A DNA stretch of 64,000 bases from Callorhinchus milii. Its lineage: Eukaryota. The notes under the pieces were generated by a model, which was given only the letters and a program-made list of their open reading frames with translations, had not been told where the DNA came from and did not search any database. Position 1 is the stretch's first letter. Each line of letters opens with the position of its first letter. Below are positions 22,141 to 35,469 of the stretch, in pieces. Location: the NCBI RefSeq assembly GCF_018977255.1, contig NW_024704743.1:80168001-80232000 (forward strand). Reading direction: 5' to 3'. A program made the translations under genes and the position numbers.

Positions 22141-23444
22141 AATATAGTTGCATCTCGGAGCACTTAAAATGAATATGAATTCCTCAGATTCCTTACTTAA
22201 GGAAACCTGTTAAGGAATATTGTAAATTAGACCGCGGACTGAAAGTAGAAGGAATTGAAGCTTGCACCAGCTTTTTAAAGGTGCAACTATCACATCTATG
22301 TTTAGGTAACCCATTGCTGTCTGATTTGCAGCCTTCACAAGTTACAAAGAAATGGTAACCTCCTCAGGTAGCTGCAGTGATGCATTAAATAATGCAGTAC
22401 AGAACATTAAGCAGTAAATCAGTCAAAGAGCCAATTAATATGACCAAATTCAAGATGACAACCATGGCAGATAGATTCAAGTTAAATCAAAATATTTTCA
22501 CAGATAAATTTTCATGATCCATACCAGCATTTCTTGAGAAGAAGCCAATGTACATGTCTATCACATAATTAGTAGCTATTAAATAAGTGACACAATACCC
22601 TATTTTGAAGTAATTTACAGTTCCCATGCTTACTTTTACTTGCCTTGATTCTGAGCCAGAACTGAATAGTTGAACAAATAATTTCCTTATATCCTACCTG
22701 TGGAAGGGAGATAGATGCTTCAGAATTTATGGAGTACATTTAGAAATCTTTGCAATCCAAAGAATTGAAACAATCCATGTATTAGTGTTCAGAGAGGATT
22801 TTTTTTACTTAGGCTGTGAAATTAGCAGCTCCTTATGCAGTGGTTGGTTAGTTCTTGGAATTACTGAATTGTTAAGTCAATTGTAGCCCTCAATTCTGTT
22901 AATCCATTGAAACAGTCAATGATTTTCTGCGGGCACCATTTGATGGACAAGGCTTCCTGATTGTATAATTTCCACAATTCTCATATTTCTTTACCTGGAC
23001 CTGAATACTTCATCAGAACCCTTCTTGTTTTTAGCTACAGGAATTTCTATTGAGCCTTGTTTTAATTGTTATTGGCAAAGAACTGACAGGGTATCTCTCC
23101 AAAGCCATCTCTTACCCCCACCGCCTCCACTACACTACTCTGCTGCTCTGAAAGGCCAAGAGAATCACTTGGCACTACATCAGCAAAGCCTCTGTCACCA
23201 CGTTACCACTACTTCAACCCCATCACCTCCTGGATTTAACCTCTTGTTCTGCCCCTGCTTAGTGTGGTGCAATCTGGCATTGCTATATTGCTCTATTCTT
23301 GTAATGGGTATCTTGTCAAACCCTACAGATACCATGATTCTGTGCACATGTAAATTGTATACTTGTGAATGCCAATTCCCAGTTATGTATCATGGCTCAC
23401 TGCGAAGGTAAAATGTATATTGGTCCACTGATCAGTGAGTTAGT

Positions 23445-23735
23445 GATGAGAGAGCATCAATTTACGATAGTTAGCTAATGAGCAAATTGTGAGGTTTGGT
23501 GAATTTTTTTCAGGCACAGAACAGTTAGGATAATGAATGCCCTGCTGGGAGCAGTGGTTGTGGCAAAATTCAATTTAGCTTTCAAAAGGGAACTAGATAA
23601 ATACCTAAAAAAGCATAAACTACAAGAGAATGGGGAAAAAGGGCAGGTAAATGCGACTGAAACGTTGCTCTTAAAGACCCAGCACAGACACATTGCCCTT
23701 CTTCTGTGCTGTAAATTTCTATCATTCGATATTCA
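23445..23735 (+). mobile_element. CR1 3' end
   Basis: FKRELDKYL motif and 3'UTR. Confidence 0.75.
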
Positions 23736-23989
23736 GTGTGTGAACGCTGTGACTCTACAAGTTCCATGACTTATCCAGATGTGTAAAATCTAGGCATGCA
23801 GGCAAGCTTGTCTTCAACAACCTTTCAAGGACTGGGCCAAAGTGGCCTTTATATAAGGATTCCCTCTGAGTAAGGGTTTGGTGGTGTGTGTAGAATTGTG
23901 TTTGGGTTGTTCGAGGTTGTTAATAGGCGTTAGTTACTAATGGAAGTAATTGCTTGAACAGGTTTGATTGTGTTTGCATACTGTGTGAC

Positions 23990-26900
23990 CTTACTTAACA
24001 CATGACTTATCCAGGTATGTAAAGTTTCCGAAACAAAAATAGGAAGGAAAACATATGATAGAATTTGATAATGAGCAACACGGACTACCAAATCTCCACC
24101 ACTATGTGGGAGAAGCATTAAGCAACAGCAATCAAATGCAGTCACATTTGGCATCACAAGAATTGGTGAGGTTATAAAAACCAAAACAAAACTACCAAAT
24201 TTCAAGAAGACTGACTTTGTGCACTTGTAAAGTCTAGTCAGACTTGGCCTGGCAAACTTAAATATGGCAATGAGAGTGGAGTACCTATGGAGTTCCTTCA
24301 ATGAGGTGATTATGAAGCCAATGAAACAATGTGTACCCATGTGAAGCAAAGTTACCAAACTTAAAGGCACTCCTACCTGGTTGGACAGGGCTACAAAGCA
24401 AATCATAAAGAGGAAAAAAAGGCATTTAAGGCCATGAGGGAAAATGGCAAAGAATTAAGTTGGATTCAATACCAGAAGGCATGCCAGGCAGCAAAAAAGG
24501 CATCAGAATGGCAAAGAATACCTTTGAATTGAACATGGCAAGACATGTGAAAGACAATAACAAAAAGTTTTTTTAGTTACATTAGGAGTGGAGTAAAAGA
24601 AAAACAAGCAATGGAATAGGGCCACTGAAGATGGGTTTGGGAGAGTACATGACAAATAATGATGCACAGGCTGCAAGAGTGCTAAATAAGTTTTTACCAA
24701 GGACGAGATGTCGCAGGGTAAAGTTGCGATATGGTTCATACCAGCATGATTGTCAAACAACTGTGCAAACTTAAGGTAAATAAATCTCAGGTGCCAGATA
24801 AATTGCATTTGAGGATGTTTAAGGAACTAAGGGAGGAAATTTTCAAAAATCACTGAATACTGGAGAGGTGCTGAGAGACTGGAGAGAGGCAAATGTTATT
24901 CCTATTTCTAAGAAAGGTAACAAAAGTGACCCAGGAAACTACTGACCAGTAAGTTTGATGTCCATTGCGGGTAAAATTATGGAGACTCTTATTAAGGATA
25001 AAGTCAAGGAGCATCTGAACAGAAATAAAATCATTAATGATAGCCAATATGGGTTCATGAAGGGAAGGTCTTGCAAATCTAATTTACTGTTTTTATTTGA
25101 CGATGTGACAAGGAAGCTTGACAGGGTTTGGCTGTGGATGTTCTATATCTGGATTTCAGTAAGGCCTTTGATACAGTTCCTCTTGAGAGGCTGGTACTGA
25201 AAGTAAAGAAAGCAGGAATCAGTGGAGGTATATTACAATGGATATGCAACTGGTTGACCGGAAGAAGCCAGAGGGTAGTGGTACAGGGAATGTCACTAGA
25301 CTGAGAAAATGTTACCAGTGGAGTTCCACAACAACAACAACAACTTGCACTTATATAGCGTCCTCCATGCAGGGTAGCGTCTCAGAGAGCTTAACAGTGG
25401 CGAAGCCTAACTCTGAGCCGAGTGGGAGGGGAGAGGTGGCCGTAAGCACGGTCGAAGAGGAAAGTTTTCAGGTGGGATTTGAAAGAGGAGAGAGAGAGGG
25501 GGCAAGGCAGAGGGATTGAGGAAGAGTGTTCCAGAGCTTCAGGGCATAGTGCAAGGTAAGAGCAGGAGGCTGGCGCCAGTTGAGCGGAGGCGCCAGGTGA
25601 TGGATTGGGGTGTTAGGAAGCCGGAGAGGTAGGGAGGTGCCAGGGAGTGAAGGAATTTGAACATAAGTGTGAGGATCTTGAAGTCGATCCATTCGGTGAT
25701 AGGGAGCCAGTGGAGCCTGGGCAGAACTGGTGAGATATTGGTTCAGAGTTTGGTCCGGGTTAGTACATGGGTGGAAGAGTTTTGAATGAGCTGGATTTTG
25801 TGAATTGTGGAGCTGGGGAGACCGGTGAGGAGTTTGTTGGAGTAATCCAAGCGGGAGGTGACAAACGCATGCACGATGGATTCAGCTGCATTTGGGATAA
25901 GGTACAGTCAGAGGCGGGCAATGTGGTGGAGGTGGAAGAAGTCGGTCCTGGTCAGTGACCGAATGTGGGGGAGGAAGGACAACTGGGAGACGAACTGGAT
26001 GAATAGGTGCGCATTGATTCGGTGAGTCTGAGGGAGAGCCCAGGGAGATTGAGGAGTTTAGATCCTCTAAACTCGTTGAGGAGTTTAGATCTACAACGGT
26101 CTGTTTTGAGACCTCTTTTGTTTAATATTTTTATAAATGATCTGGAACTAGGAATCGCAAGTACAGTGCCTAAGTTTGCAGATGACACCAAGCTAATGAA
26201 AGTGGTAGAATCTGAACAAGACAGGTAGCAGGAGGATTTGAACATACTTAGGAATTGGGCAGATTGGTGGCAGATGAAATTTAATGTGGAGAAATGTAAA
26301 CTACTTCACATGGGAACAAAAAATCCTGGAAGGGACTATTATTTGAACGAAGGAAAATGATATGTCCGGAAAATGAAAAGGACCTGGGGCTCCTGATTGA
26401 CAATAAATTGAAGCTCTACCAACAATGCTTTGTGGCAGTGAATAAATCAAACCAGATGTTGGGATCTAGCAAAAGATTAATAGCAAGCTGAAATAATCCT
26501 GCTACTGTATAAATCATTGGTGAGACCTTACAGTTCTGGTCACTGCAGTACAAAAAGGATATCGGAGAAATTGAGAAGATACAGAGGAGGGCTAAAAAAA
26601 TGATTGAGGGAATGGAGGGACTGGGTTATGAGGAGCAACTAAATAAATTGGACTTGTTCACGCTGGAAAAGAGAAGATTGAGAGGCGACATGATTGCTGT
26701 TTTTAAGATTCTAAAGGGGCAAGACAATATAGATCATGACAGATTTGTCTAGAATAGTAAAACCAGAGTATACTGCTATTGAAGGGGGATAAATTCAAAA
26801 CGACTACGCAAACACTATTTCAGTGAGTCAATTGTGAACCTGTGGAACAGGCTCCCTAGGGAGATGGTTGAAGCAGGAAGTGTTGATTCTTTCATACACA

Positions 26901-27047
26901 GATCAGATAGTTTTCTTTTAGGAAATAACATTATGGGATATAGTACATAGGTAGTTTGGACATATGTGCATGTGACTGGGAAGATGGAAGGCGAACTAGA
27001 TAATCCTTGGTCTTTTTTCGTCTTACATTTCTTATATTCTTATATTA
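23990..27047 (+). mobile_element. About 2.3-kb degraded CR1 ORF2 (end of endonuclease, RT, 3'UTR) split by L2
   Basis: NFKKTDF, WREANV-IPI-KKG, QYGFMKGRSC, VTSGVP|Q-SVL, FADDTKL, WQMKFN; tail ttcttatattcttatatt. Confidence 0.92.
25328..26091 (-). mobile_element. L2 (type-B tail) nested in CR1
   Basis: (CAA)n at 25328-25344, type-B hairpin and ORF2 C-terminal sequence. Confidence 0.9.
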
Positions 27048-27197
27048 AGTAACGCTTGAGAGCAACTCTCTCTCAAAGAAGAATTCACACTACATGAAGT
27101 CCAAGATTCTCAGACTGGGGGCAGAAATCAAGAAGGATAACAGAGACGTTTACTGCAATGTCTTCAGGCTCAAAACACCATAGATGTTAAATGGTAA

Positions 27198-29285
27198 TAA
27201 CATAACATAACATGTAAGAGCAGGAGGAGGCCATTCGGCCCTTCGAGCCTGACCGCCATTCAATCATGGCTGATCTTCTAATCTAACTCCAGTTAATAAC
27301 GTAACCCAGCCTTATCCCCATATCCCTTTTGCAATAAGAAATCTATCTATCTCAGTCTTGAATATGTTCAAGGACTGAGCATCAACAGCCCTTTGGGGTA
27401 GTGAGTTCCATTCATTCACCATCCTATGAGTGAAGAAGTTCTTCCTCAACTCAATGCGAAAGGGCTGGCCTCTGATTTTAAGGTAGTGACCCCTGGTTTT
27501 AGTTTCTCCAACCAGGGGAAACAATCTCCCACTATCTACTCTATCATGCCCTTTGATGATCTTATAGGTTTCTAATTCTTCTATAGTCGAGAGAACATAA
27601 GCCCAAATTGGTCAGCCTATCCTCATAACTCATCTCCATCATCCCTGGTACTAACCTAATAAATCTACGCTGCACCCCCTCCAAGGCACGTACATCCTTC
27701 CTTAAATAAGGAGACCAAAACTGCACACAGTTTTCCAGGTGTGATCTCACCGGGGCCCTATACAGTTGCAGTAAGACTTCCCTACTCTTATACTCTAATC
27801 CTTTCATAATGAATGCTCACATACCGTTTGCCTTCCTAATTGCTTTCTGCACCTGCAGACTAACTTTCTGTGATTGGTGTACAAGGACACCCAAGTCCCT
27901 CTGGACGCTAACACATTCCAATCTCTCCCCTTCTAAAAAATAACCCGCTCTACTGTTTTGGCTACCTAGGTGGATGACTTCGCACTTCCCTACGTTATAC
28001 TTCATCTGCCACCTACCTGCCCAATCACCTAACCTATCTATGTCTCGCTGCATTTTTTTAATGTCGTCCTCTGTGTTGACACTTCCTCCTAGTTTTGTGT
28101 CATCTGCGAATTTAGATATATTAACTTTGATGTCCTCATCTAGATCGTTGATGTAGATGGTAAATAGCTGAGGCCCAAGAACTGATCCTTGTGGCACTCC
28201 ACTAGTCACATCCCGCCAATCTGAAAAGGACCCGTTTATCCCTACTCTTTGTTTCCTACCCGTTAACCATTCCCCAATCCACGTTAATATGCTCCCCCCA
28301 ATTCCATGGGCCCTTATCTTATCCTCAGGCGCTGACAGCATCAGCATCCAAGGCTGCACTCTCCACCTCTCAAAGCCAGTCAGGAACCTCGGTGTTCTGT
28401 TCGACCCTGAGCTGTCCTTTCTCCCTCATATCCGTGCAACAACTGGCACCGCCTTCCATCACCTCCGGAATGTCGCCAGATTACGGCACTACCTCACCCC
28501 TCACGCTGCTGAAACCCTGGTCCACGCCTTTATCACCTCAAGGCTGGACTATGGGAACTCTCTCCTCACTGGCCTTCCCGGCACCTCCCTCCGCAAGCTG
28601 CAGGTCATTCAGAACTCTGCAGCTCGTGTACTGTCCCGCATCAGCTCCCCTCTTGACTCTCTACCCCCTCCTCGCTCCCTCCCTTCCCTCCCCTCACCCT
28701 GACCATTTCCCCCTTGCTCGGGTCCTGACCAAACTGTACAGCGCCTTGGGACGTCCTCCAGACGTGAAAGGTGCTCTATAAATGGAATCTTGTTGTTGTT
28801 GTTTTGGACTAACCTTTTATGCAGCACCTTATCGAATGCCTTCTGAAAGTCCAAATAGACCACATCCACTGATTTACCCTTATCTGGTTTACTCGAAATA
28901 TCCTCAAAAACTCTATGAGATTTGCCAAATATGACTTCCCTTTTGTAAAGCCATGTTGACTTGGCCTAATTATATTGTGCTCCTCTAAATACCACACTAC
29001 CACATCCTTAATCAATGATTCTAAAATTTTTCCTATCACTGATGTGAGACTAACTGTCCTATAGTTCCCCATCTTTTCCTTTCCACCTTTTTTAAGTAGT
29101 GGTGTGACATTTGCAATCTTCCAATCCATGGGGACTGTTCCAGAATCCAAGGAATTTTGGAAGATCAGATATAAGACCTCCACTATCTCATAAGCTACCT
29201 CTTTTAAAACCCTGGGATACAAGCCATCCAGACCAGGTGATTTGTCACTTTTTAGTCCTAACAGTTTCCCTAGCATCAATTCTCT
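27198..29285 (-). mobile_element. Well-preserved CR1 ORF2 3' half, split by L2
   Basis: [46 protein letters not shown]; (TTATG)n tail. Confidence 0.95.
28323..28803 (+). mobile_element. Young, internally deleted L2 nested in CR1
   Basis: VRNLGVLFD...SRLDYGNSLL, a jump at 28640 to the 3'UTR, hairpin, (TTG)n. Confidence 0.95.
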
Positions 29286-29439
29286 ATAATAGAGTCGATA
29301 ATAGAGTCCCTCTTTTCCTTTTAAATCCAAAGTGGCAGAGTCTTGATCTGAACCTTTACTGTGTGTTACTGGCATGTATGCCCTTGATGCACAATCCAGG
29401 GACTGTAAAGTATCTGTTTTTATATACGGGATATTACGG

Positions 29440-30084
29440 GATAATAAGTTTTATAAATGGGGGCATAGAATTCAAAAGTCAGGAGGTTATGTTGAATATT
29501 TATAAAATGCTGGTTAGGCCTCAGTTGGAGTATTGCATTCAGTTCTGGGCACCGCACTTTAGGAAAGATGTTAGGGCATTGGAGAGGGTGCATTGGCAGT
29601 TTACCAGGATGGTACCAGGAATGAAGGACCTTAGTTATGAGGAGAGTTTAGCGAAACTAGGATTATTCTCCCTAGAACAGAGAAGATTAAGAGGGGATTT
29701 AATAGAGGTTTTTAAGATCATGAGAGGATTTGATAGGTTGAACCGGGAAAAACTGTTTCCACTGGCATGTGGTCAGTAACCCGAGGACACTGATTTAGGA
29801 TAGCTGTTAAAAGAAACAGAGGGAAGGTTCCGAAAAAAAATGTCACCCAGCGAGTTGTTCGGATCTGGAATGCATTACCTGAAAGGGTAGTGGAAGCCGA
29901 TTCAGCAACAACTTTTAAGAGAGAAGCAGATGGGTATTTAGGAAGGACAAGATTGCAGGGCTATGGAGAGAAAGCGGGTCAGTGGGATTGAGTTGGATTG
30001 CTCTTTTAGGAGCCGTCGCAGACGCGATGGGCCGAATGGCCTCTTTAGGTGCTGTATGATTTTATGATTTTATGATTCTATGAT
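29440..30084 (+). mobile_element. CR1 3' end
   Basis: LVRPQLEYCIQFWAP...LEQRRLRGDLIEVFK; tail (TTYTATGA)n. Confidence 0.95.
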
Positions 30085-30544
30085 ATGTTGTCATTTTTTT
30101 TCCAGATGACATATCTGACATTGATTTTTTTTACAGAAACTAGTTCAACAGGACTAGCATAAGAAGCTGTGGAAATACTTTCTGTGTATTCCTAGGTTCC
30201 AGGTTTAATGGCAGTCTGTGAACTGATGGCTGTACTTTAAGAGTGAGAAAGGGACAGTAGCGATTTAGTGTTATTGGAGCCATGGTGTAATTCCAGCTGT
30301 GTTTTTATGGACCCAAATTACGTCCATGTTACGGGGACCAACAGGTTGTTAACTGTCAGCTCATTTTGTTAGAAACAATAAATAGATGGGAAGAAATTTT
30401 CAGAATGTGATGTGATAATTATCACCGGACACAACGTGCAGTCATTTCTATCATTGATATGTTTGAAGCTGAATAACCCTCCAAATTTTCCCTCACATGC
30501 AAACTTCTGGTTCATGTTTCTCCCTCCAGTGGTTGCTGAAAAGG

Positions 30545-30635
30545 ATATCCCACTCCCCCCTCCCCGTCAAGTATTCTGAGATGCTATCCCATGTGAAGGG
30601 CACTATATCAATGCAAGTTGTTGTTTTGTTGTTGC
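30545..30635 (+). mobile_element. L2 type-B-like tail
   Basis: ctgagatgctatcccatgtgaagggcactatat...gcaagttgttg. Confidence 0.75.
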
Positions 30636-30961
30636 TTTTCACTTTGAAGTGCAGTGACTGTGTATTTTGTATACCAAAGTCCTTATTGTTGATTTAGCAT
30701 TAACAGTGATCTGATGACCTGGAAGCATGGATATTTTTATAGCATGACCCATTTTAACATAGGGTCACCAGAGTGTTTCTGCTTTAACTTAGCGACAAGC
30801 ACATCAGAAGTAGGTTTAATTAGGTTGGAGCAGATTTCACAGCAGTCAGTGTAACACACACCTGGTTATCAGCACAAATTGCTATCAGTCACTTGAGTCG
30901 CTTTTAGCAACTGTTACAACTGTTACAAATTGCTGCATATTAGACCTCGCTTGTTCAGCAT

Positions 30962-31042
30962 AATAACAAAGCAACAACTTGTATTTATATGATGACTTTC
31001 ACATGGGATAGCATCTAGGAGCACTTGACAGGGGGAGGGAGA
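30962..31042 (-). mobile_element. L2 type-B-like tail, inverted relative to 30545-30635
   Basis: Shares gatgctatcccatgtgaa on the minus strand. Confidence 0.75.
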
Positions 31043-32019
31043 TTCTTTTCATGGTTACATTTTCCTCCACAATTTGAAGTCCTGTTTCTATTAAATTAAT
31101 TTCTACTGGATAGGAGGTTTTGTGTAATAATATTTGGTGATGATAGCATTTGGACTTCCCCATGTCCAGTATAATGTTCATACAAGTAACTATATGGGCT
31201 GTGTTCAATTAGAGGTCTTGGATATGTAAGGACAGTATTTAACTCACTTCCCCCAACTGATTGACATGCATTATCTGCTTTGATGCAAAAGGCTTTTTAG
31301 ATTTCCGAAAAATGACACGCATGGAATTCGAGATAATAATTGGGTACTTACAATTTGTTTATTATAACGCTGAGGAAATTGTTTTACAAACAATTGACAT
31401 TGTATTTCAAATGCAATTCCAAATAGACATAGTGTATGTAATTAAATTGTGGTATTCAGTAGTTATAGCTGTAAGCTCAGTCACATTATACGTTCTGTAA
31501 TTTATTTTAATTTAAATACCCATCCATTCCAATTGTGCACCATTAAATTACACTACTTCTTTCCTTCATGGGGCTGTTTTTTTCACCATTGAAATATTAG
31601 CCAACACCTCCAAAGTGACAGGTAAACTGGTTGGAGCCACATTTACGTGTCAGTTTTAAGAGAGAAATGCCACCTGCGTCTAGATTTATTCTATTCTAGA
31701 GCATTCAGAATTTGGCAAATTGTTGAATTCATTCTTCTGTAATTGTGTATAATATAATAATAAACCCTACATTTCATATAAGCACCTCATCACGTCTTTG
31801 GGACATCTCAAAGTGCTTCAAAGGATATACTGTAAAGTGAATTGACTGTATATTTTGTAGGGGAAATTTTGTATGATTAAATAATTAAATAATGAATATT
31901 TTGTATGATTAAATAATAATAAAAATGATCCTTGCATTTGATATAGTGCATTTGACGGGATCTCAGTCTCTCACAATGCAGCAAACCCCCAGCACTGCAT
32001 TGGGTTGCCAGCCTATACT

Positions 32020-32512
32020 GTGAGTTTTTTGAAGGGTTATTATAGAGTGAATATTAATAGATTATTTTCACTGGTCAATAGTCAGTAACGAGAGAGAAAG
32101 CAGATTAATCACGAAAGATTTAAAGGGGAGGTTAGAAAATAATTCCTTTCACAGTAGTATATTTGATGTGAGAAGGGAATAGAGCAGTGTGTGAGAGGGA
32201 ATTACAACAACAAAATTACATTTGTATAGTGCCTTTCACGTAAGGAGGACTTCCCAAGGCTCTGGACAGACAGAGTTACGGACCCGAGCTGAGGGTCGGG
32301 ATTGGGGAGGCTGGAGGGCAGGGGGGGAAGCAGGGTGATTGAAAGCACGGTCGAAGAGAAGGGCTTGAGATGGGTCTTGAAGGAGCCAAGGGAGGGGGCG
32401 AGGTAAAGGTTTTAGGAGGATAGATGGCTCTCATGGAGTGTGAACACCGGCATGGACTAGTTGGGCCGAATAACCTGCATCTGATCTATACAGTCTATAT
32501 AATTCTATATAA
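32020..32512 (+). mobile_element. Degraded CR1 3' end interrupted by an L2 tail
   Basis: ggactagttgggccgaataacctg...tctatataattctatat tail. Confidence 0.65.
32204..32415 (-). mobile_element. L2 3' end
   Basis: (CAA)n, hairpin and 3'UTR. Confidence 0.85.
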
Positions 32513-32617
32513 TTAACTTTCAAGTTTGTTTTCTGTAGCCCTTAAAATAACTTATAGATACCAGGTTCAAAATTAAAGCTTTATTTAGGAATTTGCCAAA
32601 TTCTGGACACTATAAAA

Positions 32618-33122
32618 CAGTGTGGTCCACAGGTGACCCAGTGGATGATTTTGTCCAGCCCGCAAACCATTTCTGACTTCACTTGTTTACCTCCTGGCTG
32701 GGCCTCTCTTCTGGTCAGTCTCCAGGAGGCAGTGCGGAGAATGACAGGAAGAGGAGGCATCCTCCCACTTCGACCTATCCCGTCACGTTTCGCACTGCCT
32801 CGAGCCTCTTGCAACCTGGTGAACAAGAAACTTCAGTGCATTGTTTACTTGCAAGTAATAATCTGTGTTGAAGGGATTTGGAGTCAGTTTTGCTATTATG
32901 AATTAATCCTTATTGGCTTTGTTGAGAAATCTCTGTAGAAGTCTCCATATGCTGAGTTGAGATGATCATTATTAAGTAATACTCACACAGTTTAAAACAT
33001 AGGATTTCTGTATCAATTTTATATTTCTGGAAGGGAAAAACAAAAATATTGCTTATGTGGCCCACAGGTGTTTTTCAAATGTGGCATCTGGCCCTCAACA
33101 CCCAAAAGGTTGTACCACCCTG
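32618..33122. mobile_element. Degraded hAT/Charlie-like non-autonomous DNA transposon
   Basis: Right end aaaaggttgtaccaccctg with subterminal tggccc motifs; left end cagtgtggtcc; 8-bp flanks ctataaaa and ctcgaaga (5 of 8 identical). Confidence 0.5.
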
Positions 33123-33461
33123 CTCGAAGATAAAACATAAAAAGAGTAGATCAAAACCCAAATAGATTTACTCCCCAAATGCTCTAACTCTGAAACACCC
33201 TGATCATGCTATGATATGTTGAGGCTTATAAGCTTACACTGGAAGGCTTTTGCAGAATATCCCACAAGATGGCAAATGAAATTCCAGGTTTTATCTGTAG
33301 AGGAACTTTTAGGATGTTGGATCTGTATAAAACATTGACTAGACAACACCTGGGCATACTATTTTAGAAGGGGGAGGATACAGTGCAGATCCAGTGGCAA
33401 AATATCAGACATGAGAGGATAAAGGGTGAGATTTGTGACATTTCATACATTAAATAAATAT

Positions 33462-35450
33462 AACAACAAAATTACATTTGTATAGCGCCTTTCACATCGG
33501 GAGGGGTGGCGAGGGAGGGGTGAGGCGGAGGGACTGCAAGATGGAGTTCCAGAGGGTGGGAGAAGAATGGCGGAAGGCCTGCCCGGCAATAATGGGGTGA
33601 GCAAGGTGGGGGATGTGAAGCAGGCCGAAGCCCGCTGAGCGGAAGGAGCGAACAGGATGGTAGGGGGTTAGGAGGTTGGAGAGGTAGGGGGGAGCAAGAC
33701 CGTGGAGGGCTTTGAAGGTAAGGACCAGGATCTTGAACTGTATCCTCTGTATGATGGGAAGCCAGTGGAGTTGAGCAAGGAAGGGGGTGAGTTTGCATAG
33801 TCGAACCTTGATGTAATGAAAGCATGTTTGAGGGTTTCGGGGGCCTGCGGAGTGAGACAGTGTCGGAGCCGGGCGACATTGCAGAGGTGGGGGAAGGCAG
33901 AGTGGGTTATGGCGCAGATGTCAGATAGAAAGCATAGTTGAGGGTCAAAAATATCCCAAGGTTCTGGACTGGCTTAGTAAGGTGGAGTGTGTAACCATGG
34001 ATGGTGATGCTGTCAGCACTTGAGGTGTGGAGGCACTGACGGGAGCCAATCAGGAGAGCCTCGGTCTTGTTGACATTCAACTGAAGAAAGTTAGCTCTCA
34101 TCCAGGACTTGATGTCTGATTGATATTCTGGAGTCAAGGGTGGACTCAGAGTTGTAGAATTAGGTGTCATCCGTATACATGTGGAAGTTGATCCCATGAC
34201 TGCGGATGATGTCACCAAGAGGGAACATATAGATATTTAAGAGGAGGGGACCAAGGACAGAGCCCTGAGGAACGCCGCACGAGACGGTCCGGGGGCTAGA
34301 GGAGAAGCCATTTGAGGAGATGAAGTGCAGTCGGTGTGAAAGATACGATCTGAACCAGTCAAGGACAGTGCCATGGAGGTTGAGGTGAGAGGAGAGGCGG
34401 TGGATGAGGATAGTTGTGTCGAAAGCAGCAGAGAGGTCAAGGAGGACGAGAAGGCAGAGGGAGCCCTGGTGGCAGATGGACAGCATGTCATTTGTCACTT
34501 TGACCAGGGCTGTTTCTGTGCTGTGGGTGGCACGGAAACCCAATTGGAGGGGTTCGAGAAGGGAGTGACGGAGTGGAAGGAGCGAAGCTGAGAAGCAACA
34601 ACTCATTCCAGGACCTTGGAGAGGAAGGGGAGGTTGGAGACGGGGCGCTAGTAAGGGAGTAGAGAAGGGTCAGGGAAGGTTTTTTAAGGATAGGAGTGAT
34701 GACAGTGGTTTTTAATGGGGTGGGAACAGCACCAGAAGACAGGGAGAGGTTTATGATGTCAGTGAGTAGAGGGGCAAAGAGGTGGAGCTGGGAGGTCATG
34801 AGAGGGGTAGGGATGGGGTCGAGGGAGCAGGTGGTAGGTTTCATATGGGTTATGGTGGTGATGAGAGAGGAGGGGGAGACAGGTTCAAACATGTGGAGGT
34901 AGGGGCCGGGGTGGGAGGAGGAGATGTGGAGGGGGTAGCAGATGCAGTGGCAGAGACAGCTGAGCAGATTCCCTTGACTTTGGATTCGATGAAGTCCAGC
35001 ATTGCCTCGCAATTGGCATTTGAGGTGAAGATGGGTGAGGCGTGAGAGTGTGGGTAGAGAACCTGGTTCGTGATGGAGAAGAGGAGCCTGGGGTTGTCCT
35101 TAGCCTCCAAGATTGTCTTGGAGTGGAACGATGATTTAGCGGAGGCGAGGGCAGAGTAGTAGGATTTGACATGGTCCAGCCAGATCTGCCGATGGACAGT
35201 TAGGTTTGATTTAAGACAGGTGCGCTCAGTGGAGTGTGCCTGGGCTTTAAGGAAGCGGAGGTGGCTGGTGTACCAAGGTGATTTGCGTGAATAGGAGATG
35301 GTTCAGGGAGCGAGGGAATCGAGAGTGGAGGAGAGGGAGCTGTGGAGAAGAGTGACCGAGTAGGATAGGTCATTGCGGGAGGACACCCAGAGGGGAAGGA
35401 GTTCAGATGACTCCAAGGCAGCCGAGAGGGAGGGGGAGATTTTTTTCCAG
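33462..35450 (-). mobile_element. About 2-kb L2 LINE, frameshifted, with internal deletions
   Basis: [35 protein letters not shown] and YTDD motifs; tail at 33462. Confidence 0.95.
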
Positions 35451-35469
35451 ATATATAAAATATCTATAT

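Noticed and set aside
22165..22230. Hairpin ttccttacttaaggaa as a pre-miRNA
   Set aside because: Stem is short and AT-rich with bulges; more likely a MITE remnant or chance.
29111..29779. 222-aa novel protein
   Set aside because: Antisense CR1 and spacer fused by chance to a sense CR1 C-terminus.
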